DNA of 62,233 nucleotides, filler included, from Sphacelaria rigidula (taxonomy: Eukaryota): the NCBI GenBank assembly GCA_964200075.2. It is 8 parts of 8 records of this genome, joined end to end, with 100 filler letters (N's around TTAATTAATTAA, not from the genome) between each part and the next. Parts side by side here need not be neighbours in the genome. Positions count along the whole stretch, not along the records: positions 1 to 7,693 come from CAXNAA020013767.1; positions 7,794 to 15,485 come from CAXNAA020013768.1; 6 more parts are not named here. One strand, 5' to 3'. Made by a program: the position numbers and the translations under genes. Every line of letters starts with the position of its first letter. Positions within the stretch are counted from its first letter, which is position 1. Under the pieces are notes generated by a model. The model did no database searches. It was not told the DNA's origin and saw nothing but the letters and a program-made list of their open reading frames with translations. Below are positions 1 through 12,341 of this stretch, in pieces.

Positions 1-633
1 AGAAAGGCAGCAGGGGCAGACGGATTAGCGAATGAGTTTCTCAAGTAAGGGGGAGAAGTTGTCTGGAAACGTTTGTCAGTTTCCAGATACATTTTTATTG
101 GAAAATGGCCCATTAAGGTCGCGCTTCGAAGAAAGTCTGTGGAAGGTGACCAACACCACTTTTGTCAATGAATTTTTTTAGTCTGGGAAGTGGCCTAAAG
201 TACAAGGTGTGTTCCGAACCGATCCTCGCCGTCCTAAAGCCCTCGCGTGTACTTCCCCCCGGCGACTCGCCGTGAAATACCTGTCACGCGCATCTCTCCA
301 TACCAGAAAATGCGAGCAGCTAGACGACGGCCGCAAAAAGAAGTTGTTACACTTTTACTTGACCACCGTCATCCTCGGATATCTGGTCGCCACCTAATGG
401 TGCGGCAGCACAACATCATCCCCCCCAATCTGTTCGAATGTATAACGTCGCTTGCGCGTTTTGGCGCCCCCAACTTGATGCGAACTTGACGCGCCTCTGC
501 TACGGAGGTACCACGCGAGATTCGGCGCGGCGACCGCATCCGGTCAGCAGGTTGGAGACTTCATGCACGAGCTGAACCAGTTTTGCTGGGAATAGTGACA
601 GAAACATGAACGAAAACGCTTCAAACAAGGCCC

Positions 634-1876
634 GTGGGGCTGTGTCTCCTAAGGCTGGTGTGCAGCAACTGTGTCGTGCCGGCTGCCGCACCTGTGACCC
701 GTCACACGTCGGAGGTGGTGGCAACAGACGGTGAGGTGGGCATACTCGATGCTCCACCGAAAAAGCCGATGCCCCATGACTTCATCGACCTTCACCTCCT
801 CATCTTCACTCGCTTTGGGGTCTTGGCCGGCGAGGGTGCTGCCGACGAGGATATATCATCTTAAGCATTGGACGGCCCGTCCGGGAGGAAGGTGAAGACC
901 GAGGGCAGCGGATCGGACAGCCCTTCCAGGAAGATGAAGACAGAGGGCAGCGGACCGGATGGCCCGGCCAAGAAGGTGAAGACGGAGGGCGGCGACCGCC
1001 GCCAACGGGGGCCGGGAGGCACCCGCAACAGCCGCAATGGCATGATTGTTGGCTACCGCCGCCGCCGGGGGGTGGGAAACGCCCGCGGCAGCCGCGACGG
1101 CATCATTGCTGGACGCCACTGCGGGGTAAGGGGAAGCAGCCGCGGTAGCATCGCACCCGCTGCCATGTGGTGCAACCTCTGCCTTGGGAGACACAGCCCC
1201 ACGGGTCTTGTTTGAAGCGTTTTTGTTTATGCTTCTGTCGCCGGACGGCCCGTCCAAGAAGGTGAAGACAGAGGGCGGCGATTCGGACGGCGATAGCAGC
1301 AACGCACACTCGCCCGGTGGGAGGGCGACGCACCTCACCTTTGCGAAAGGAGTCACCACCTTGCCAGGGGTGGCGGATGTGATGAGTGGGAGCCACGCTC
1401 GGGATCTTGCGCGCCTCGCGAGGCGAAGCGAGGGCGCCAGCGGCTTCAAGCGCAAACTAGCGGGTGTTGTGGCCGACAACGTCACATTATTCAAGGCGAG
1501 CTTAGCGGAGTTGAAAAAAATGAACAACCAGATGCAGAGGGCCGCTGACGTGGAGGAGCATAAGGCGGCGATGGAGGAGAATACGGTCGTGATGGCTGAC
1601 CTCCGCGCCGAGCTGCGTGATGCGGAGGAGGACGGCGACGATGCTGCGGTCGCCCACATCAGGCAGCAGGTAAAGAAACAGCGGACGAAGTTCAAGCAAT
1701 ACATCGAGGCACGACCCCGTACGGACTCCGCGCAGCAGAGAGTCTCTTCACCTGCAAACCCGCCACCCGTAACTTTGGACAATGGCGCCACCCCGGGTTC
1801 TGCGTCCTCGCCGTTGTCGCTGTCGGATTCCGCGCCTGTTGTGGGGGTAAGCATCAGGGGGCAGGCTAAAGAGTAG
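634..1876 (+). pseudogene. Probable accessory ORF (ORF1) of a PIF/Harbinger transposon, disrupted
   Basis: ORFs 634-864 and 868-1215 are in one frame, separated by a single TAA; a frameshift leads into 1184-1876. It has four DGPS/A-x-K-V/M-KTEG repeats and a charged, coiled-coil-like C-terminus (LAELKKMNNQMQRAADVEEHKAAMEE). It converges on a Harbinger transposase, and Harbingers typically carry a second gene. No Myb/SANT domain recognised. Confidence 0.45.
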
Positions 1877-2004
1877 ACGTGTAGCCCGCCATTGGCGTCA
1901 CCTGCATCACCCGTAGAAGATGTGGCGGGCATGGAAGAATGGGGAATGTTGCTGTCCAACGCTAGGTCCACCGAACAGGGTGGGAGAGGGACTGGTGACC
2001 CCCT

Positions 2005-2063
2005 CCGGGAGGGATGGGCTGATCGCTTGAGACCACGGACTCACCCTGGCGAAGAAGAGGGGT
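2005..2063 (+). repeat. 3' fragment of the tRNA-derived SINE family seen at 19466 and 58159
   Basis: ccgggagggatgggctgatcgcttgagaccacggactcaccc aligns with the 3' end of the 58159 copy (ccggggagagatgggttgatcccttgacaccacggattcgtccc). Confidence 0.6.
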
Positions 2064-2189
2064 TGACAGTGCGACAGAAGACAAAAAGCATGGAGCAACC
2101 GATAATTCAACGGTTGTTGGGGTGCGGTGTGGCGCGCATGCGCTTGGTGGTTATCACCACCGTGTCGTGTGGAGCCTTATTTCATCGTT

Positions 2190-2870
2190 TATAAGTGCCA
2201 CGGTGTGATGCTTTTGCGTTTGTGTATTTTCCACCTTTCCCAGTGTGTTTGCGTTACTTTTTTTCTTCATGGTTTGCACGGCGCGGTATTAGTTGTTTGC
2301 TCGCGGTTGCCGCCGTTCTAATTTTTTTGTCCAGATGCCGCTGCGCGTTGCGTTCCCAATGCTCTTCACGGACGGTCACGGAGTTCTGGGTCGTTTGTTA
2401 TATTCTCGTTCTTACGTATGCTCTAGTGTAGTAGTCCTTTCACGGTTGCCACGGTGTCGCGTGATCTTTTTCTGTTGTCAGCACTTCCCGCTGTGCGGTG
2501 TATTTAAATTTTCACCGTTGTCACCGTTTTATGTCGCGCGTTGCTTGAAAATTTCACGATGTGTTGCCTCGCGCTGTTTTCGTTCGTGAGTCGCGGGTTG
2601 TTTGTTTTTGCCACTTTCTTGCTGTTGCCATGGCGCGGTGCGGAACCTTTCTGCTTTCACGGTTGCCACGTTATGCGCCATGTTGATCTTGTGCAGTTGT
2701 AACGGCAAGGTGTCAATCGTTTCGTGTCTGTCATCATTGCCACATGATGCTTTTTTTCCTTTTTCCCTCGTTTCTTGAATTGCCATGGTGAGGTCTGTCT
2801 CTCTTCATTTTCGTCGGCCCGAATGGTGTGGGGCGTTTTTTGTGGTTGGCCACGGGAAGATGTACAACAC
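2190..2870 (+). repeat. Degenerate short-period repeat (YCACGGTTGCCACGG-like cores in T-rich spacers)
   Basis: Recurrent gttgccacgg/ttgccatgg cores near 2196, 2446, 2624, 2662, 2737, 2781 and 2845. Confidence 0.5.
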
Positions 2871-3199
2871 TTTTCGGCGTCTTGTGAGGGAGGAGGAAAT
2901 ACACAGCTTGTATCTATCCCTGATTCCACCAGTGCAACGGGCGCATGCATCTACGGCTGCACTCTCACCTGAAGCACCCGCGATTTCGATGCTACAGGAT
3001 TTTGCCGTGGCTGGAATCGATTGCTTTCCGTGTCGTAACATTTCGCCACGCAGGCATTTGCGCACATTGCGGCTGATGTCGTTCGTCACGTTCAAAGTCG
3101 GGTGCCAAACACAATCACCGGCTAGAAAGCAATAGCCCGGATCAAGAGAAAACGTTGACGATTATTCGATTGACTGGATTTTCTCGTCGTACATTAACG

Positions 3200-4341
3200 C
3201 AAGGTTACATAAATGGGCACAGAAGCCGAGAGTAGAGTGCCAAACATTGAACAGCAAACACAAGCACATAAGAAAACGAGATGATGCCCCCGGCCTACGC
3301 AGGCGCAGTCACAGGATCCACGCTCCGGGCGTATCACAAAGCGGACACACGTCCTGCAGGAAACTGAAGCAAGCAGGAACTGGAAAGACCCCGATATACA
3401 GACTGAAAAAACAACGAACAAGAAAAGACAAGGGCAAATGTTACGAACAAATGCAACAGGTGAAAACAAAAGCACTGATATCCCTGGCATGCAGCCGAGG
3501 TCACAGGATCCACGCTGCCGGCATATCACAAAACGGACGCACGTCCTGCAGTAAAGTTCAGCAAACAGGAGCTGAGCAATCCCCAAAGAGTAGACTGAAA
3601 AACCACCGTACACGGAAACAAAGGTGACGAACAGACGCTACAGAAAAAAACAAAACAAAGTGATGTCCCTGGCATGCAGACGTGGTCACAGGATCCACGC
3701 TCCGGGGATAGCACAGAACATGCACACGCCCTTAACTACAGTGCAGGGAACATAACATGAAACAGACCCCAAGGATAGACGGTAGAAATCAACAATCAAC
3801 CGAAGACACGCAGAACGCCAAAAATTAATAAGCGGAACAGGTGGAAGTAAAGTTCTGCCCCCAGATGTAGCCATGGTAACGATAGAGGGTCCCGCAATAT
3901 CCCTGAATTGCTACACTCCCTGAAGGGAAGTGAAGGATACAGAGTCTGCAACAGATCCGACTAAATAGTAGAGTGAGAGATAGGAAACAAAGACAAAAAC
4001 TCGCAGGAGCGGTAGGTGAAGAAAAGATGCTGCCGCATTGATAGAGCCATGGAAAGCGGATTATCCGAGAATATTACAACATTGGCACCCTCCCTCGAGG
4101 AAAGTTAAGGAGACCGAAATTGCAACAGATCCGACTGAAGGCTAGACTGGAATAAAACAAACAAAAAGTAACAAATGCCACAGGTGCGCATGAAATGCTG
4201 CCACAGGGATGAATCCATGGTAACAGGGTACACGCTCCCACAATATCACAATATCGGCGCAGTCCTTGAAAGAGAGTGAAGGAGACATAAACTGCTACAG
4301 ATCCGATTGAAGGGTTGACTCAAAGAAAGCAAACAGCAACG

Positions 4342-4384
<43 letters not shown>

Positions 4385-4990
4385 ACACATACATACAAAC
4401 AACGAAGTATCACCCACGCGCACGAGGTACCAAAAACAAGCAAATGCTGGCGCGGGGATCCACCCGTGGTCGCAACGCACAGACGCTCTCGGGTTAGCAC
4501 TAGACGGTCACAGCCGCTGAGGGAAGGTGAAGGAACCAGCAGTTGGATAGACCCCAAGAGTACATTAAATGCACACGGAAAAATATATATGCCCCCCCCC
4601 CCCCCAACAAGCAAAAAGAAAAAAAAAAAAGAGCCGCGCGCAAAAAGGCGGCGCTACGGCACAGNNNNNNNNNNCCTCTAGGGAAAGTTAAAGAACCCAG
4701 AATTAAAAAGACCCAAAAAAAAACTAAAAACACCCAGGAAAAATAAATATGCCCCCCCCCCCCCCAGAAACAAAAACAAAAATGCAACAAGTGCCGCGAG
4801 AAAGAAGGCTGCCCTAGGGATCCAGCCGTGATCACAACGCACACACGCTCCCGGGATGTCACAAAACGGACACACGCTCTGAACGCAGGTGATGGACACA
4901 GAATCTGGAAAAGAACCAAAGGGTACACTGAATGACAACAAACGACAATCACAAACGATATGGACGGGAAAAAAAAAGAAACACAGACGA
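3200..4990. repeat. Degenerate minisatellite, about 180-190 bp period
   Basis: Core gtcacaggatccacgct(c/g)c at ~3308, ~3500 and ~3685, with more diverged units at ~3870, 4047, 4215, 4465 and 4828; cagatccga(c/t)t(g/a)aa recurs at ~3952, 4126 and 4298. Confidence 0.7.
4343..4383 (+). repeat. (CAG)13 microsatellite
   Basis: Direct reading. Confidence 0.95.
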
Positions 4991-5123
4991 TTTCGTACGT
5001 TGTCATCCACTCTTGCTTTTTTCTCCTTTGTTTCAATGACGATATACACGCGTTCGCAGCGGTCACCCCCCGGGCGGACTCCCCGACCCTCATCCACAGC
5101 TCAACCGAAAACCACGACCTCAA

Positions 5124-6206
5124 CTACTGGACAGTCTTGTGCTGGGAGCGGTAGGCGAAGTGAGTTACCAGGCTCCGCTTCAGCTTCTCGTGTCCGACCT
5201 CGATCTCCATCCTTTCCGCCGGCGCCTGCAGAATCGAGGTAACCCTGCTGGCGTCTTCCATAGGGTCGCGAACCCAAGGGTTGTACCTGCCATCTACCCC
5301 CGCCCAGTCAACGCCGGCCTCGAGAACACCCAACCCGTCGTACGCATGCAGCATGTGAGGAACAACTTGTCGATATCGTCGCGCCTGCGATACAAGATCG
5401 GGAGCTTGAGGATCCTAAACCGGCCCTTGAGACTGCTGAAGAAGCACTCCACGTCCTTACGCACGCTCTCCAGCCACTTGCTCCATTCGATCTCCCCTTG
5501 CGTTAGGGGCGCCTTGGTCGGATTGATCAGCACCCTCCACTGACATACATGCAGTGAAGTACGAGTGGGGTGCAATGTCAGACTTGTGCAAGTTTTTCGT
5601 TCATCCTTTGAAGATGCACGACTTAGCTCGTTCCAAAAGAGGAACACGGTAGGGCTCGACGAGGCAAGCAAATACAGCTAACAAAATTCTCCCTTCCACA
5701 CTTGAGTCAGTGAACATCCACCAGGACACACCGCCCAGCAGGCAGTGCCGAAAAAAACGCGCCCTACCTTGTGGTAGCCCCCATCATCGAGGAGATGCCC
5801 CCTTTTGCGTTCGACCTGGACGCCATCCGGGTTCCTCAGGTTGTACGAAACTTCAGTAATCCTTTGCACGTTACAGTCGTATCTGATGATAGTTTCGTCA
5901 TTCTTCGCTTCAGGAATACCGTTTGCTATCCCGATGACTTTCCCCGTGGGTGACGATCGCCTGGTACGCGAGGGTGGCGAACCCTTCTTTGCCTGTGTAG
6001 CTTCTCGCGTGTGAATAGGTCGCACACCCCCACGCAACATGGGTCACGTCGCAGGACCCCATCGCACCCGTGATCCTCAGATCATACATCTTCATCACCC
6101 TCGTCAGATCGTTCCCAGTCGGGAGTTCTATCCACTCGTCGAACATGGCGACTGCGAACTCGCGGCAGAATCGGTGGAACACCCGTTGCGCTGATCGCTC
6201 GCTCAC
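5124..6206 (-). pseudogene. PIF/Harbinger (DDE_Tnp_4, HARBI1-like) transposase, frameshifted, one intron
   Basis: Motifs GAMGSCDVTHV (first D), YTGKEGFATLAYQAIV, AKND, LLDDGGYHK (second D) and ESVRKDVECFFSSLKGRFRIL (E), then LFLTCCM. GT-AG intron 5767-5540 joins GGYHK to WRVLINP in frame. Several frameshifts; N-terminus missing. Confidence 0.88.
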
Positions 6207-7693
6207 TTCGACATGTGGACCACGTCGTCGAAGAAGGAGCCTCTTCCGAGCACTTGGAGAACTGCCAACACCGAAGAATTCAGAAGAAGTGACGATCGGG
6301 AGGGGTCACATGTCAAAGGCTTCGCCGGTAAGGGCACGCACGCCTGAACTTCGTCTGTCAGAGGCTCGGATCATCAGCGAAAGAGAAAATATAGCAGCAC
6401 TCCCATGCCGTAATAATCGGGGTGATTGCACACCCAGGCGACCGTTTCACCAACAATTTAGTCATCGACTCCCTTGCGCACATCGGGAGAGGAATTCAAA
6501 CCTTTGGGAACCCTCCCCTCCCATCCCCGGTCTAGACGCCTCATTAATTCAACCGTTGACAAAGAAGAAAAAATGGGAACAGAAAAGACAGACAGCAACT
6601 ATTTTTTACCGCGGGAGGCCACAGACGAATACTTTGAAGTATACCGATATACGTCATGCTCGCACCAAAAATCTCACCCTGGCCTAGTCGGACTAGTTTC
6701 TTCGAAGAAGGGGACGCACCGGGTCAAGTGGATTCAACTTTGTACACACAGCAAAAATTAGCACAGCGGCCCCTGAACTCTACACGAAAGAAATCAGCAT
6801 CACTCGTCTACATTATTTTCTACATATGTGGTGCCGTACGCCACTGGGGCACATTTTTACACCGATATCACGCGTTGGGCAAAATACTTCTGTGTGGAAC
6901 CTGCAACCAATCAACCATGTGTCTTGAAAAAAAATACACCTCGAAATCCGCGCTTTTTCATTGCCAGTACCAAAAGGGTCAAGCGCTAGGTTCTTGCATT
7001 TTTAAGTACACTCTCGAGCAATTTCACCGTCACAATTGATCCTGCATAAATTCATCGTAGCTTTTTCTGTCGCGCAGTACTGTGCTGAAGTATACACACT
7101 CGACACGCTACTGCCAAGGTGCCGAGCTTCATTGGAGCATTAATGCATGTTATGCCGCAGAGAGCAGCACTGCGAACAAACCCATATTTCATGCTGTAGA
7201 TCGATGATTTTCAGGATGGTGACCCGGTGTTGAGGAGGCATTGCAATTCTTGATGTCACCCCGGTAGGGTCCTACTTTTGTTCAGTACCAGCCTCTGTGG
7301 TCGGCAAGGACCGGCGGAGGTCTGCCGACCTGCCTTCCTCTCGAGTGTTCCAACAGTGGTCCTGATCGCGCAGATCCCCGGGAGAGGAAGGTGTTGAACC
7401 GCCGGTGTGTTGATGTATGATGTCGATGCGAGTAACATCTACCATTAGTGTACTAGCGCGGGCTTGCAGTGGAACTCTAGTGGGGATAGAGTGTACTGTC
7501 TTCATGTATCACCAGCTGGTATCAGTAACATCGGGCGGCTAAAACCACCCAGCGCGTACAGTACAGTCTAATGAATCAGTCATACAGCAGCCGGAATAAT
7601 CAGGAGACTTCAAAATAGATACTTGTACCGTCTGTACAACGTTGTACAGGCAGGAACACAACTACATTACAGCAGAGTTATTATTATTATTAT

Positions 7694-7793
7694 NNNNNNN
7701 NNNNNNNNNNNNNNNNNNNNNNNNNNNNNNNNNNNNNTTAATTAATTAANNNNNNNNNNNNNNNNNNNNNNNNNNNNNNNNNNNNNNNNNNNN
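7694..7793. other. Artificial 100-bp scaffold linker
   Basis: N run + TTAATTAATTAA (stops in all six frames) + N run. Confidence 0.97.
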
Positions 7794-7825
7794 ACTGTTG
7801 GGCATTGTGTTAGAATACATCCCAG

Positions 7826-7897
7826 CTCGCTCCGGGAATCGAACCCCACTACTCAACCGTCAGAAGGTTACGAGGTTACCAACTGAGCCACCGGGGC
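7826..7897 (-). repeat. tRNA-derived element (SINE head or pseudo-tRNA, Gln-CTG-like)
   Basis: Minus strand reads GCCCCGGTGGCTCAGTTGG (A box), TAACC-TTCTGAC-GGTTG anticodon arm, GGTTCGATTCC (B box). The D arm and acceptor stem do not pair properly. Confidence 0.6.
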
Positions 7898-8270
7898 GTG
7901 CAGGATAGCAAGAAACCCAGGTTAACACTTCCGAGATACGTCCGAAACGGGGGACGGGAATGCTGAGAAACCGAGCTGAATGAACTGTTGGCTTCATACT
8001 ACAGTAGATCACAAAAACAAAATGCACCCCGTTGACAACATTTCAGGACCCAAAAAGAGTGAAATCCGGGGTGTTATTGAGGGGGGTGTTGTTGTATGAG
8101 ACTAGCTTGTACAAGGAATCCCTTGTTGTATGAGCTCATGGGATTAGCTCACACAAGGAACAGAGGGGTTCCAGGAGGATCGGCATGTCGGCGTATTCAA
8201 GAAACACAGTACTATAGTGCGGCACCGGTTTCAAGGAGAGCAGAAGGAGGTGAAGGGGTGGGGGGGGGGG

Positions 8271-8297
8271 CGTACTCATTTGTTGCTTGCCTTAGTC
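8271..8297 (-). mobile_element. 27-bp 5'-truncated copy of the poly(C)-ended LINE with 15-bp TSD
   Basis: cgtactcatttgttgcttgccttagtc flanked by AGGGGTGGGGGGGGG at 8254-8268 (plus 2 extra G) and at 8298-8312. Confidence 0.8.
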
Positions 8298-8853
8298 AGG
8301 GGTGGGGGGGGGCGCATGATGCCTCGTATCGGAACAAAAATGAAACGATACATGCCGGCCTAATCTCTTCAATATCGTCAAGATTTTCATGTTTATTTCA
8401 GTTCGACATCACCAAGAATTCGCTGGAAAATGACTAGTTTGTGGTCAACAGGTTGTTCCAACATCAAATTTGGATACCTAGTTGCAAATCTCGATGGAAA
8501 TGGTATTAAAATAAATATTTGCGCGAGGTTCCGTTGGATTGCTTGCACAAACCGAGACCAGCTTGTCGAACACCACGGAATAGAACAATACTGGCGTTCA
8601 AGCTTGTTTTATCGTATACGGGGTGTTGAGGCATTCGGGCTAAAAATAACTTACTTTTACTCGATAAGACACCAACGTAAGCCCCCGAAATAATTCCCAA
8701 AAAACAAGAAAACGATAATTCTGCATAGAGAGGGAGCGGGTTCGGGCCGAGTTGACTCAACCTGAGTAACAACACGTACTGTGGAGAAGAAAAGAAAAAA
8801 CTGCGGGAAACACATGCGTGGTGATTGGAGACGGTTGGACCGAAGGGGCTGAC

Positions 8854-8934
8854 CTTGAGTAGCGTGGGAACAACTCCCGCCCGTACGAGGTAGTGAAGCG
8901 CCCCCACACAGTGAGCGTACGAACTCAGTGTACC
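8854..8934 (-). CDS. Terminal nucleotidyltransferase (Cid1/TUTase/non-canonical PAP family), exon
   Basis: aag|GTLSSYAHCVGALHYLVRAGVVPTLLK|gtcagc; GTLSSY is the conserved family motif; 81 nt, phase 0/0. Confidence 0.85.
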
Positions 8935-10373
8935 CTTTCAGTGTCCGTAGGCCCATGTAGAGGCAATAACGTGCGAATACGAACAAAGCGAATAAAGGGA
9001 CACATTAGTTGGACGGCGTATTCAGATCAACACAGAAACATGTAGATACAAAAACACATATATGTAGATATTTCGGCATACTCTCGGAGCCTTCTCATGC
9101 GATACTGTAGTGTCTGCCTACTCGTGATGAGATTTCCGAACTGTTGCCTACGTGTCTAGGTGGCAACTTCCAATTTCGTTCATCACGCACATACCCTAGA
9201 ACAAAAAATTGGTCGAACGTGGTGATTTTCTGGTACTCCGTAATCCCTATATCACGAGGGTCCGAACCGCAGCAGATAGACATATCGACGGGGTTTCAGG
9301 AGTAATATCTTATTCCCACCGTTAGAAACGCTGGGAATCGTGCAGTAAGAACAGGCTGTGTAACGAGAATGGACGTGGTGCGGGGGATATTGATGCTATT
9401 CGCGATAATAAATGTGAAAGGCGTGTTTTGGGGAAGAAAATGACTAATGCCCCGAGACCATGGACTGTTCCTGAGTAAGGAAAGAGGTTAAAAGGGGAAG
9501 GGAAATAAAAAATGGCGATCGACCGCCGGCAGCACGAAGGGTATCTTCATTTGAGAAAGAAACGCCCGGAACACGGCCAAAGCTACGTGTGTAGTGCGGA
9601 AAATGGAGCTGCTTGTATCGACTACAACAGAGGAGAGAGATCGTCAGATGCCGCTGTAGCTACACAGCGCTGTGGCGTGTGAACAGATGCTGTCCACGAC
9701 GGCAACAGACAGACTCGAAGATCTGCGAGGGAGACAATATATGAGACACTTTGGATTTTTGTTGGAGACATTGCCTGATGGAGCATATCGAATCAAAATT
9801 ATTTATAGATGAACTATACAGTGACCTTCGTGTCAGCAAAACAGTTTTTTTCTGTTCTGGCGTGGGTTCTGGTAACATAAGCGGGAAAAAATCAGCATAA
9901 TCAAGCCCACATATAGATACACGGCAATTTCACCACGTGGCACATGACGGGGATGAACTTCTCAAACAATAAACCGAAAAATCGAAAATACCAAAACAAG
10001 GGAAATAAGCTCTTAATCGGCGTGTTTTGCAATAAATTTATTTCAGCACGTTACGTTTGTGCACGTTTCTTCTTTTCGTCCGTTCAGTTTGCCTTCCAAT
10101 CCGCTCGAGTTTTCCTTGTATCACGTAGCAAGCATTGGTGGCGCTGTTGACTTTTGTTGTTTGCGTCCACTATTGCCAACAGGGCTGGATTCGTGACCGA
10201 TCAATTGGTTGATTAAACCATCGACCGATCAATGAAACGATCAACTGATCAATCAACCATTCAGCATTTTCAACAGTTTGACAGTCACACGAACGACTGA
10301 TCAACCAACCAACGAAAAGACTCAGGGGATCGAGGAATTACAGGGTCAAACAGTGCGTGAGAATGGTCATCAC

Positions 10374-10448
10374 CCGAGCGGAATCGTTGACACCCCTTGC
10401 TTTCGCCCAGGCCTTCACCAGGTACAGCACTCTATGGCAGCGAGGATC
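10374..10448 (-). CDS. Terminal nucleotidyltransferase, exon
   Basis: ttttttcag|DPRCHRVLYLVKAWAKARGVNDSAR|gtgatg; matches DPRxxxLxxxVKxWAKxRGxND; 75 nt, phase 0/0. Confidence 0.87.
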
Positions 10449-11229
10449 CTGAAAAAATAAAAAAACACGCACGCACACAAGAAGGCGCAGCAAAAACAAA
10501 AAAACAGAAGAAAAGAGGAGTGAAGACATACGCTCCCAAGAAAGTACGTGGCATTCATCATTCACCTTGCATGGGTCATGTACATCAAAACAGATTTCTT
10601 GGAAACTCTCACGTACGTCACGCCGGTCTGTCAACGGGACAGAGTCAAGTCATGAAAAAAAAAAACGCGATGACAAACACTAAAATAAATGATGAAGAAC
10701 CGAGATAAAGACGAGAAAAAAAAATATGTACGTGTCAAAATGATGCAGGCAAACAAAAAAACGAACAAAAAACGAAGAATGGGGAGGTTACCAAGGGGAA
10801 CAGCCGTACACTACGACGGAGATTGTATGCATTGGATGATGACCACTCCGAGAGCCAGGTGACAATGGCAACAAATCACAATACTCACTCACGTTTCAAC
10901 GCTTTCTACAACGGACATCAGCAACAGATCATTTTCGGTCGCGATCCCAACCCACTTACGTATACTTCCACCTAAACAGGACACTGACGTACAAACCACT
11001 GCTGCGCGCCGCCTGTGCCGGGCGCCCGAAATAAACCTCGCGAAGTCTTCTGGGCAGTAGGGTGTACATGAGGGCTGTTCTTTTCGTCTTGATAGGGTGC
11101 AAAGCCGGCCTAACTGCGCTGATAGGGTGCGCACCTGGGGCAGCTGCATTGGTAGGGTGTGCATCTGAGCCATCCTCCAACATAGTGGCAAAATGTCACT
11201 ATGGAAATCAGATTGTTCTCCCCCCTCCC

Positions 11230-12050
11230 GCCCCCTCCAAGTCAGACTAGTACCCTGGCAATGCCAGAGATAAGTCACGGTAAGATCATGACACCGACAT
11301 TGGAGGAATATCTCACCCAAGTGGCACGAGGGCACAAAGACACTTCCACAAAATTGTCATACGAGCTCGGCCAGTCCAAAATCGCATTTCAACCATCACA
11401 CTCATATCCCATCGAAGCAGACGAATTGGGTCGTGACCCGCACATGGTGTTATTTGTCTGATCAAGCGGGAGACATCCATCTACTCACCAGCCCCGTCAG
11501 ATGCTTTTCGTTGATTAAACGTCATATCTGGTATATCCTGAGTCCTGTGATGAACGAATATATCTCGGCACTCAAATCTATACGAGACCCTGCCATGATA
11601 CAATCCGTGGATGACGCTCACTTTATTACGAAGATTACTTGGGGCACAGCCAGACGCATCGTGACATCAGCTAGCGGATCAAAGTGCCGCCTTCGCACAG
11701 GTGGAACCAAAACACGACTTCTCGTAGCAAAGAAAGGAATAATCTCGCGACCCACGGATCTGCGCAGTCAGGCTACGTGGAAACACCGATAGCACGGCCC
11801 CTGAGGCTCATAACATTTCGTTTTTGCCAAAAAAGACATTGCGGAGACGTGGGCGGGTGAAATAACTGGTACACCGGAAGCGTTGGTCAACAATTATCCA
11901 GATATGCAAGTGAACTGGACCTGCGCCGTTACACTGGCACAGCGTTTTTAGCGGTACAAGGGGTTGTGTCTTGTACACATCTCTCGGGGTCATACTCTAC
12001 CATATTAGCAGTCTCATCTTGTAGATTCATAGATCGGTCATTTTCAACAA
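11230..12050 (+). pseudogene. Highly decayed reverse-transcriptase-like remnant in an intron (non-LTR type)
   Basis: YILSPVMNEYISAL...MIQSVDDAHFI resembles the QGxxLSPxLxNxY...YxDD core of RTs; many stops; boundaries approximate. Confidence 0.4.
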
Positions 12051-12341
12051 GAAGACGCTCGCAAAAACAAGACATACGTACAGCACGAACATAGGACAAC
12101 AACATATTGATCGCTTTAATTTTATTTTTTTACATCATATCGACTCGTTGACGAATCAGCCCTGGTCACACAAGACGACCTGCACACGGGGAAAACAAAA
12201 ACAAACCGGAGCACTCGCAGGAGAATAACCCGAGGAGAAACGAAAAATCACGCGTAGAACAAAGCATGATGCCATGATGCAATCCATGGCCACATCCCGT
12301 AAAACGTCGAGTACGTCGCACGTTACCAAGATAAAACTCAC

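Larger units (their letters stand above)
634..6206. mobile_element. Decayed PIF/Harbinger DNA transposon (two convergent genes with internal tandem arrays); termini not located
   Basis: DDE_Tnp_4-like transposase on minus, charged ORF on plus, repeat arrays between them. No TIR or TWA TSD found. Confidence 0.55.

Noticed and set aside
856-1971. 371-aa minus-strand ORF
   Set aside because: Antisense shadow of the GC-rich plus-strand ORF1 and its inverted segment.
3200-4990. CRISPR-like array (recurring gtcacaggatccacgct core)
   Set aside because: The intervening sequences are homologous to each other and ~170 bp long, there are no cas genes, and the context is eukaryotic; it is a minisatellite. 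The same applies to 23089-23147, 26279-26800 and 61040-61850.
8077-8220. PPT plus LTR start (TTGAGGGGGG-TGTTG)
   Set aside because: Suggestive of a Copia 3' LTR fragment, but no matching end or coding sequence could be found.
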